A stretch of DNA of 62,783 nt from Chthoniobacteraceae bacterium (GTDB taxonomy: Bacteria; Verrucomicrobiota; Verrucomicrobiia; Chthoniobacterales; Chthoniobacteraceae), in the NCBI GenBank assembly GCA_037190965.1, contig JBBCKI010000032.1:1-62783 (forward strand), given 5' to 3'. Under the pieces are notes generated by a model, which was not told the origin of the DNA, made no database searches, and saw only the letters and a list, made by a program, of their open reading frames with translations. The position numbers were made by a program, and so were the translations under genes. Positions 18,495 to 25,981 of this stretch are shown piece by piece (within the stretch, counting starts at the first letter, position 1; the number at the start of each line of letters is the position of its first letter).

Positions 18495-19472
18495 ATGCCT
18501 CGCATTCTTTCCGGAATCAAACCGACGGGCCGCCTTCACATCGGCAATTACTTTGGCATGATGCGCCCCTCCATCGACTGGCAGGAAAAGGGCGACGCGC
18601 TTTATTTCATCGCGGACTATCATGCGCTGACGACGGTGCACGACCCGGCCAAACTCCGGGCCGACACCCGCAACGTCGCCATCGATTTTCTGGCCTGCGG
18701 CCTGGACCCGGCCAAGGCGACTTTTTTCAAACAATCGGACGTTCCCCAGGTGACGGAATTGACCTGGCTTCTCTCTGTACTTACCCCGATGGGACTGTTG
18801 GAACGGTGCCACGCTTACAAGGACGCCATCGCCCGGGGGTTTTCCGCCTCCCACGGCCTCTTTGCCTACCCGGTGCTGATGGCGGCGGACATCCTCATCT
18901 ATGACGCCGACATCGTTCCCGTCGGCAAGGATCAGAAGCAGCACGTGGAGGTGACGCGGGACCTCGCCATCAAGATGAACGAGACCTACGCCTCTCCGAA
19001 AGAGCCCCTCCTGAGGCTGCCGGAGCCAAGCATTCTTCCCGAGCTGGCCACCATCCCCGGCCTCGACGGGCAGAAGATGAGCAAAAGCTACGACAACACG
19101 ATCGAGCTTTTCCTGGAAGAAAAGGCGCTCCGCAAAAAGATCATGGGCATCCAGACCGATTCAACCCCTGTCGAAGCTCCCAAGGATCCCTCCACCTCGG
19201 CCATCATCGGTCTTTATCGTCTTTTCGCCTCCCGCCAGGAGGTGGAGACCATGGAAGCCGAATTCCGGGCGGGCGGCGTCGGCTACGGCGACTTCAAAAA
19301 GCGGCTCTTTGGCGCCGTGTGGGAATACTTTGCCCCTGCCCGCGCCCGTCGCGCGGAGATCGAGCAGGATCCCGCTTACGTCGACGAAGTACTCCGGCGC
19401 GGGGCGGACCGGGCGGGTGCGCTCGCCTCGGAAACGCTCTTGAGAGTTCGCAAAGCGATGGGGCTCAGCTGA
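18495..19472 (+). CDS. trpS: Tryptophan--tRNA ligase
   Basis: SGIKPTGRLHIGNY, YPVLMAADIL, VPVGKDQKQH, KMSKS. Confidence 0.97.
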   Translation: MPRILSGIKPTGRLHIGNYFGMMRPSIDWQEKGDALYFIADYHALTTVHDPAKLRADTRNVAIDFLACGLDPAKATFFKQSDVPQVTELTWLLSVLTPMGLLERCHAYKDAIARGFSASHGLFAYPVLMAADILIYDADIVPVGKDQKQHVEVTRDLAIKMNETYASPKEPLLRLPEPSILPELATIPGLDGQKMSKSYDNTIELFLEEKALRKKIMGIQTDSTPVEAPKDPSTSAIIGLYRLFASRQEVETMEAEFRAGGVGYGDFKKRLFGAVWEYFAPARARRAEIEQDPAYVDEVLRRGADRAGALASETLLRVRKAMGLS

Positions 19473-19519
19473 TCCGGGACGCCTTCTTGGTTCTTCGCTG
19501 TTTTCAGTGGCTTTGCCGA

Positions 19520-19560
19520 GCCCGGAGGGCCACAGGAAATTAGCCCCAGTGGAGGATGGG
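19520..19560 (+). repeat. Family-B repeat fragment abutting family-A element
   Basis: GCCCGGAGGGCC..GGAAATTAGCC shared with the copy starting at 52592. Confidence 0.7.
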
Positions 19561-19562
19561 CG

Positions 19563-19723
19563 AGGTAGCCCGCTCTCGCCGAGAGCGCGGGATCGATGAA
19601 GAGTCGCGTTCGATGCCCATCCCCGCAGGACGGGTTGCTGGTGCTGGGATGCGGCTTTCATGAAGCCACGGGAGCCGATACCCGCGCTCGACGGCGCGAA
19701 CGTCCTACCGGTGTTCCCGCACC
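19563..19723 (-). repeat. REPIN-like element family A
   Basis: AGGTAGCCCGCTCTCGCCGAGAGCGCGGG ... CCCCGCAGGACGGG ... CCCGCGCTCGACGGCGCG..CTACCGGTG..CCGCACC. Confidence 0.93.
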
Positions 19724-19860
19724 GAGCAACCGCCCTCTTTTTCCAAAAAAATTCTTCAACCTGCGTAAATCTTCTCATTGCGCGCGGGGTGAAGCGACGT
19801 AGAGTAATCGCCTTCCGAGGAGTAAGGGAGGCCCTTACCCCTCTACGGGGGAGCTTAAAT

Positions 19861-20091
19861 ATGATAGATCATTCTGGAGAACGCCCAGTTAACGAACCGT
19901 TGGCATCCGAGAAAATCTCGGTGGATCGCAAAGTGTTTTTCCTCGATTTGAAGGAAAACAATCGTGGCCGTTTCTTGAAAATCACCGAGGACGTGGGGGG
20001 CCGTCGCGATACGATCATGCTTCCCGTTGCCGCTTTTCGCGATTTCGCGGATGCGCTCGGACGTCTCATCGACATCGAGCGGGATCTTTAA
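19861..20091 (+). CDS. PUR (Pur-alpha/BpuR/DUF3276-like) single-strand nucleic-acid-binding protein
   Basis: LASEKI.VDRKVFFLDLKENNRGRFLKITE PUR-repeat pattern; GGGGGAG RBS. Confidence 0.85.
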   Translation: MIDHSGERPVNEPLASEKISVDRKVFFLDLKENNRGRFLKITEDVGGRRDTIMLPVAAFRDFADALGRLIDIERDL

Positions 20092-20109
20092 TCGGGGTTA
20101 AGCCGGCTT

Positions 20110-21006
20110 CTACCGGTCTGCTCCGGCGGGTTTGCCCAGCACGGCACCTTGCCAGAGGGCCTGGATGGCTTCGGGCAGACTGCCCGCGCCCCAGGTCCTG
20201 AAAAACCGCCACAGGTTTCCCGGGAGGTTTTTTGCAATGCGGCGTCCATGCGGCAGCCGAAAACTGATATAAGCGGCGTTTCGGATCATCGCCAGGTGCT
20301 TGACCCGTTCGGCCGCCATCGCTTCGGGCGATTGGGTGACGGGCCGAGGCAGATGCTTCACCAGGGCGTCTGGAACGAAAATGGCCGGATGGCAGGCTGA
20401 AAAACGCAGGGAGAATTCGAGGTCTTCGCCGCGAATCCAGAAATCGTCCCGGTGAACGCCGAGCTGCTCGAAAGCGTCCCGGGCCACCATCAGGGATACC
20501 CCCGTTGCCCATGAAAAGCGGACAGGGCGCGGGCCGCACTTCTCCAGATATTCCGCCGGCGTCCGCAAGGTACGGATGGCGTCGAAGGGAATGCGTTCCA
20601 GAAGCCCGGGGAACCAGCCGATCCGCCCCGTGCCATCGACAATCATCGGGCAGGCAAGGCTGGCCTGTTCCTGCTTCATCGCGTTGAGAAGGCGCTCCGG
20701 CGCTTCCGGAGCGACCTCGGTGTCGTCGTCCAAAAGCCACAGATGCGTGAGGCGGTCGCCGTAACGCTCCAATGCCGCCCGTTCGCCGAAAGCCAGCCCC
20801 CCGCCGCAGCCGAGATTGCCGTCGGGGAGCAATCGCGCAACCTCAAGACAGGTTTCGCGCATTACCGCTTCAGTCTCCGGATCGCCGGCATTATCCACTA
20901 CGAGGACAGCCAGAGGAACCCGCACCCGCTCCAGCGACGCAAAAAGATTTTTGAGTTCCGGGGCGCGGCGATAGGTCGCCACGACGACCACAATGAAAGG
21001 GTTCAT
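20110..21006 (-). CDS. Glycosyltransferase family 2
   Basis: VVVATYRR, VVDNA, NLGCGGG, LLDDD, GEDLEFSLR. Confidence 0.9.
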   Translation of the reverse strand: MNPFIVVVVATYRRAPELKNLFASLERVRVPLAVLVVDNAGDPETEAVMRETCLEVARLLPDGNLGCGGGLAFGERAALERYGDRLTHLWLLDDDTEVAPEAPERLLNAMKQEQASLACPMIVDGTGRIGWFPGLLERIPFDAIRTLRTPAEYLEKCGPRPVRFSWATGVSLMVARDAFEQLGVHRDDFWIRGEDLEFSLRFSACHPAIFVPDALVKHLPRPVTQSPEAMAAERVKHLAMIRNAAYISFRLPHGRRIAKNLPGNLWRFFRTWGAGSLPEAIQALWQGAVLGKPAGADR

Positions 21007-21011
21007 GAAAA

Positions 21012-22094
21012 TCAGACGGCAATGGCCTCGGGCCTGAGCAACGCCCGGGGGAGAACACCCTCTCCGATTAAATGGTGAAGATGTTCCCTGATCTCCGGCC
21101 ACACCCGGTTGGGAAGCAATTTGGTCATGCAGTACGGCTCCGGAAAGGTGCAGTAGTCGAAACACGGCCGCCACGGGCAGAAATCGCGGATGATGACCTT
21201 ATGTAACGGACCCCAAGGGCGAAACCATGCCGGTTCGCTCGGCCCGAAGATCGGGATGGTCGGCCGGCCGAACGCCGCCGCGAGGTGAGCGGGCCCGGAG
21301 TCGTTGCACAAGAGAAGATCGACACGCCCCAGCACGTCGGCAAGCTCTGCGAGAGTAAGATCCGAGAGCACCCAGTCCGCCAGCGGTGCGAGCGAAGCTC
21401 CGTAGCCATCGGGGTCGGGGATCAGGAGGAGCTGGAAATCGAACTCCTGCCTAAGTTCGGCGACGATTCTCTCGAAATACGGCGCAGGCCAACGCCGCAC
21501 GGCGATCCGGGCTCCGGTATGAAGACAAATCACCGGCTTGCTTCGGCCCGGGAGCAGTGATTGTGAACGAAGAGTGCTGTAAGCTCCCAAGGCCAATTCC
21601 GGCTCCGCAGATTCCATCCCCGGCAGGCCCATCGCAGTTCCGAGATCACGCCAGTCCTCCACCTTGTGCTGTTTGCGGGGCAGGGAACGCTTGACGCTAT
21701 GGGTCAGGAAAAACTGACTCCCCTGTACAGGGAAGCCATATCGCTGGCGGGCGCCGATCAGCGCCATAAGCAAATGATCCCTGGGATCATTGCGAACACT
21801 GACGACCGCGTCGTAGCGTTCGCCTCGAAGCTGCCAGACCAAGGAGGCAAGCTGGGGCCAGTTCCAATTCCAAAGCTGGTATTTGCCCCGATACCGACAC
21901 CAAGGCATATCGACGACGATGAATTGCAGGTCAGGGAAAGTCGGCTGCAGCACCGCGCGGGCATAGTCTTTTCCCAGCACATGCACTTCGCATCCCTCTT
22001 CCAGTGCTCTTCGGAGGAGGGGGGTCGTAAACGTCAAATCGCCCATGCCCCATAGCTCAAGGACAAGGATTTTCCGCTTCATGGTTGGCTGCAT
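21012..22094 (-). CDS. Glycosyltransferase family 9 (heptosyltransferase-like)
   Basis: MGDLTFTTPLL, RRWP, LCNDSGPAHLAAA..PTIPIFGPS. Confidence 0.92.
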   Translation of the reverse strand: MQPTMKRKILVLELWGMGDLTFTTPLLRRALEEGCEVHVLGKDYARAVLQPTFPDLQFIVVDMPWCRYRGKYQLWNWNWPQLASLVWQLRGERYDAVVSVRNDPRDHLLMALIGARQRYGFPVQGSQFFLTHSVKRSLPRKQHKVEDWRDLGTAMGLPGMESAEPELALGAYSTLRSQSLLPGRSKPVICLHTGARIAVRRWPAPYFERIVAELRQEFDFQLLLIPDPDGYGASLAPLADWVLSDLTLAELADVLGRVDLLLCNDSGPAHLAAAFGRPTIPIFGPSEPAWFRPWGPLHKVIIRDFCPWRPCFDYCTFPEPYCMTKLLPNRVWPEIREHLHHLIGEGVLPRALLRPEAIAV

Positions 22095-22310
22095 TTTGAT
22101 CTGGATACCGGGGTTGGAGGCGACTTTCTATAGCAGATCGCGGGCCCGTTATTCTGTTGAATCTCCGGAATCAGCTCTCTAAATCACTGCACTTCCTTCG
22201 ACTTCGTTGTGGAGGTTAAACCTGAACTCCAAAATTGCCAGTGAATCTACATCGGGGAAAATCAAGGCCACAGCTTGCCGGAATCCCGAAAGCTCAGTGG
22301 GAGGAAACTT

Positions 22311-22868
22311 ATGAATAGAAAAACCCATTGGATAGCGGCCCTGATTCTCGCCGCAGGGGGAACGATGACAGCGTGGGCAGGGCCCGGGGTCGGGCCTTAC
22401 GGACCATGGAACAGCGGAGGCGCCTTTGGCGGCTTCGGCCCATACCAGCCCTATGTCGCACGCGGGTGCAACGTGAGCCAGGGGCTAAGCAACACGTATT
22501 TCCTGAAGCGCGCCACCTGCAGTTCGCCGGTGCGCATACGGACTATCGCGCCCGCGCCTGTGGCGGAGACGATCCTTGAGGCACCCGCGCCCATCGCGGA
22601 ACGGGTGGTGACTGTCCGCAGAAGCCGGTGCATCACGCCGGTGAGGACCGTTCGGGTGTTCACCAGCGAACGAGTGGTGCGCCCGACCACCTTCCGTCGC
22701 GTTGCGACGCGGTGCATTCCACGCCGCGACCTTGAAGTCGTAGGCGAGCGGGTCATCACCACCGCACCTGTTCTGGAACGGGTGATGGAGCCATCGTGCA
22801 ACACCCTCCAGAGGGCGGGAGCCCCGTATTCCGATGCCGATTGGGATTACGCGAACCCGTATCAATAA
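22311..22868 (+). CDS. Secreted hypothetical protein with repeated P(V/I)xERV-type motifs
   Basis: GGAGG RBS, signal peptide ending AWA, downstream terminator. Confidence 0.75.
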   Translation: MNRKTHWIAALILAAGGTMTAWAGPGVGPYGPWNSGGAFGGFGPYQPYVARGCNVSQGLSNTYFLKRATCSSPVRIRTIAPAPVAETILEAPAPIAERVVTVRRSRCITPVRTVRVFTSERVVRPTTFRRVATRCIPRRDLEVVGERVITTAPVLERVMEPSCNTLQRAGAPYSDADWDYANPYQ

Positions 22869-22883
22869 GATTGATGCAACTGG

Positions 22884-22924
22884 GCGGCCGGAGTGGAAAA
22901 TAAGTCCTTCCGGCCGCTTTTTTT
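22884..22924 (+). terminator. Rho-independent terminator
   Basis: GCGGCCGGA/TCCGGCCGC stem followed by T7. Confidence 0.75.
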
Positions 22925-23026
22925 GATTCCTGAAGCGAAAAAGGCGTGGACTTGCGGGGGCGGGTGTTCTAACAGAGCGGGAGCAGTTGGGGCCACCCCC
23001 CGGATTTCCTGAACAAAACATACTCT

Positions 23027-23743
23027 ATGAAATTAGCACTTACCGCCGGTTTCGCGCTGGCATTCGCGGGATCGCTTTTTGCGGAAGCCCCAAAAACTGA
23101 AAAAGACAAAGCGAGCTATGCCATCGGCATGGACATGGGCAATAGCTTCAAGGCGATGGACCTTGACGTGAATGTCGATTCCGTCGCCCAAGGCATTCGC
23201 GACGCGATCGCCGGCAAACCCGCCTTGAACGAGGAGGAGATGCAGGCCGCCCTGATGTCGCTCCAGAAGAACGTTCAGGCCAAGATGGAAGCCAAGCAAA
23301 AGGCCACGGGAGAAGCCAACGCCGCCGCTTCCAAGAAGTTCCTGGAAGAAAACGCCAAAAAAGAGGGCGTGAAAACCACCGCGAGCGGTCTCCAGTACAA
23401 AATTATCAAGGAAGGCAAAGGCCCCAAGCCGACGGCTGATGACACCGTCTCCGTCAAATACAAGGGCTCCCTCATCGATGGCAAGGAGTTCGACAACTCC
23501 GAAAAGCATGGCGGCTCCGCCACCTTCCCCATCAAGGGAATCATCCCCGGTTGGACGGAAGCTCTCCAGTTGATGCCGGTCGGCTCCACCTGGGAACTTT
23601 ACATCCCCGCGAACCTCGCCTACGGCGAAAGCGCTCCGCCCATGATCGGGCCAAACCAGGCGCTCGTGTTCACCGTCGAGCTTCTAGAGATCAAGAAGCC
23701 CGAAGCGGAAGAGAAGGCCGACGAAGGCAAGAAGGAGAAGTAA
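23027..23743 (+). CDS. FKBP-type peptidyl-prolyl isomerase (FkpA/Mip-like)
   Basis: Signal peptide, SYAIG N-domain, TASGLQY, YKGSLIDGKEFDNS, IPGWTEALQLM, IPANLAYG. Confidence 0.95.
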   Translation: MKLALTAGFALAFAGSLFAEAPKTEKDKASYAIGMDMGNSFKAMDLDVNVDSVAQGIRDAIAGKPALNEEEMQAALMSLQKNVQAKMEAKQKATGEANAAASKKFLEENAKKEGVKTTASGLQYKIIKEGKGPKPTADDTVSVKYKGSLIDGKEFDNSEKHGGSATFPIKGIIPGWTEALQLMPVGSTWELYIPANLAYGESAPPMIGPNQALVFTVELLEIKKPEAEEKADEGKKEK

Positions 23744-23776
23744 GCAGACCGCTTTACTCTGATTCTGATTTTTTCC

Positions 23777-23814
23777 AGACAGCCGGGGCTTCATTGCTCC
23801 GGCTGTTTGCTTTT
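23777..23814 (+). terminator. Rho-independent terminator
   Basis: ACAGCCGGGGC/GCTCCGGCTGT stem followed by T-rich tail. Confidence 0.7.
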
Positions 23815-23858
23815 CGGCGGGGTTTGCACCCGCCCCTTCCCCTTGGTAGACTACCCCA

Positions 23859-25139
23859 ATGTTTGAAATCAATGAGCGGGAGAAGATCGTCGAGCGCGCC
23901 CTGTTGGTGGGCGCTTACGTCGACACCGCCGATAAGGCTGACGCCGCGAGCCTGCTGGAGGAGTTGGAGGAGCTGGTCAACACCCTCGGCATTCCCGTGA
24001 TCGATCGGATGCTCGTGCATCACCGGGAGACGCACGCCAAGCTTCTGATCGGATCGGGTAAAGCCGAGGAGATCGCCGCGCTCGTCAAAGACAACAAGCT
24101 CGACGTGGTGATCTTCGACAACGAGTTGACCCCCGCCCAACAGCGCAACTGGGAGAAGCTGACCGGCGTCACCGTCGCGGATCGCCAGGAGATCATTCTC
24201 GATATTTTCGCCTCCCGTGCCAAGACACGCGAAGCACGGCTGCAGGTGGATGTCGCCCGCATGGAGTACTCGCTTCCCCGGCTCACTCGCGCCTGGAGCC
24301 ACCTTGGCCAGCAGGGTGGCGGCATCGGCTCAAAGGGCGAGGGCGAAAGCCAGCTTGAGCAGGACAAACGTAAAATTCGCGGGCAGATCGATCGGCTCAA
24401 GCGCGAGTTGCAGGAGGTCCGCCGCGCCCGCGCCACCCAGCGCAAAGACCGGAAACGCGCCCCGGTCCCCAACGCCGCCATCGTCGGCTACACCAACGCG
24501 GGAAAATCATCGCTCCTGCGGAAGCTGACCGGCGCGGATGTGCTCGTGGAGGACAAGCTTTTCGCCACGCTCGACACCACCACGCGCAAAATCGCCCTGC
24601 CGAACAAGCAGCCGCTTCTGATAACGGATACCGTCGGCTTCGTCCGCCGGCTACCGCACCAGTTGGTGGAATCCTTCAACGCCACGCTGGAGGAAGCCGC
24701 GCTTTCCGACTTCATGATCCACGTCCTCGACGCCTCGCAGCCAAGGGTGATCGAGTATTATAACACGACCCTCCGCGTCCTGGGAGACCTGGAGGCCGAC
24801 ACGCGGCAGATGCTCGTCGTCTTCAACAAGATCGACAAGGTGGATGACCCGGGCGTTCTCGCGGGCCTGCGGATTCATTTCCCCGAGGCTCTCTTTATCT
24901 CCGTCCACACCGGCGAGGGAATCGACGCGCTGGTGGATCGCATCTCCGATTTCGTCAGCAACGGCACCCAGACGATCGAGCTGCGCCTACCCGCGGCCCG
25001 GGCCGATCTCCTGGCCCGGGTGCATCGCGAAGGCACCGTCCTGCAACTCGACTACGAAGGCGACGTTGCCCATCTCCGCGCCGCGCTACCGAAACGCGCA
25101 AGGGAAGCGTTGGAGGCTTGGCGGGTGGGGGAGGAATAA
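23859..25139 (+). CDS. hflX: GTPase HflX
   Basis: IGSGKAEE, ELTPAQQRN, GYTNAGKS, LFATLD, DTVGF, NKID. Confidence 0.96.
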   Translation: MFEINEREKIVERALLVGAYVDTADKADAASLLEELEELVNTLGIPVIDRMLVHHRETHAKLLIGSGKAEEIAALVKDNKLDVVIFDNELTPAQQRNWEKLTGVTVADRQEIILDIFASRAKTREARLQVDVARMEYSLPRLTRAWSHLGQQGGGIGSKGEGESQLEQDKRKIRGQIDRLKRELQEVRRARATQRKDRKRAPVPNAAIVGYTNAGKSSLLRKLTGADVLVEDKLFATLDTTTRKIALPNKQPLLITDTVGFVRRLPHQLVESFNATLEEAALSDFMIHVLDASQPRVIEYYNTTLRVLGDLEADTRQMLVVFNKIDKVDDPGVLAGLRIHFPEALFISVHTGEGIDALVDRISDFVSNGTQTIELRLPAARADLLARVHREGTVLQLDYEGDVAHLRAALPKRAREALEAWRVGEE

Positions 25140-25183
25140 GCCCAAAAGCGACGATAGGAGGGGAGGTCGTAAAAGAAGGAATA

Positions 25184-25342
25184 GTGCGGCAGCACCGGTA
25201 GCCCGCTCGCGCCGTCGAGCGCGGGTATCGACTACCATGGCTTCATGAAGGTCGCATCCCAATGATAAAAGCCCGTCCTGCGGGGATGCGTGCCAAACGA
25301 GACTCTTCATCGATCCCGCGCTCTCGGCGAGAGCGGGCTACC
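25184..25342 (+). repeat. REPIN-like element family A
   Basis: GTGCGGCAGCACCGGTAGCCCGCTCGCGCCGTCGAGCGCGGG ... CCCGCGCTCTCGGCGAGAGCGGGCTACC. Confidence 0.95.
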
Positions 25343-25402
25343 CTCCCGTCCTCCACTGGCCAATTTCCATCCATTGCCATTTTAAGGATAAGAGAGAATC
25401 GT

Positions 25403-25458
25403 CTACGAACACCCTTGGCAGGTTCTGCACTCCGTGCAGCAGCCGCAGGCTCCGGCGC
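25403..25458 (-). repeat. Displaced duplicate of the last 17 codons plus stop of nrdJ (att-like)
   Basis: Minus strand reads AGACGCCTECRTCQGCS* vs AGACGCCTECGTSQGCS* in nrdJ. Confidence 0.9.
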
Positions 25459-25518
25459 CAGTGCTCTAAATTCTCCTGAAAACGTCGATGGTTCCTGGAA
25501 GCATCGAGCGATTTGCGC

Positions 25519-25776
25519 TCATGCCTTTTCAGACCGAAGGACTCTTAAAAATTCCTCGGGTGTAATTCCATAAACCTCGCAAAACCGAAGCCATTCCACC
25601 ACGTCAACTCGCCGTTCCCCGTTTTCGCATTTAGAAACAAAAGATTGAGGGCGTTTCAGGAGCTTGGCCGCGTCCCACTGAGTCAACCCAGATTCCTCTC
25701 GTACGAGCTTCAAAACGTCCAAAAAACGGTCATGAGCGGGAGAGAACAGGGATTTTTCAGGATTGCTGCGAGGCAT
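25519..25776 (-). CDS. XRE-family helix-turn-helix regulator
   Basis: LKLVREESGLTQ..AAKLL.RPQSFVSKCENGERRVDVVE; GGAG-like context not clear but ORF is family-typical length. Confidence 0.9.
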   Translation of the reverse strand: MPRSNPEKSLFSPAHDRFLDVLKLVREESGLTQWDAAKLLKRPQSFVSKCENGERRVDVVEWLRFCEVYGITPEEFLRVLRSEKA

Positions 25777-25800
25777 TCAATCGGAGCTTGCCATTAAGGT

Positions 25801-25829
25801 GAAGAATATCCCAATATGGGATATTCTTC
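25801..25829. promoter_or_regulatory. Palindromic operator upstream of the XRE gene
   Basis: Perfect 13-bp inverted repeat GAAGAATATCCCA-ATA-TGGGATATTCTTC, 24 bp from the XRE start codon. Confidence 0.75.
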
Positions 25830-25981
25830 TCAAGGCCCTGAGAAGCCACTGAGAGTGGGGCAACTACGAATGGGACAGATCCATCCGGGGTTGTCCCACT
25901 CTTACTTTGAGCTACCCCGTTATTCTCTACGCAGCCACATCAAATCCGGCCGCTCGGGAGCGGTTTCACTGCGGTTTCCTC

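Noticed and set aside
19660..19860. N-terminal extension of the PUR protein and other ORFs reading IPALDGASGLPVLPH, CGSTGSPLAPSSAG or IPRSRRERATL (e.g. 3..302, 25086..25310, 36619..36783, 49501..49848, 62270..62683)
   Set aside because: These peptides are translations of the GC-rich repeat. The real genes have better downstream starts, and there is no evidence of coding.
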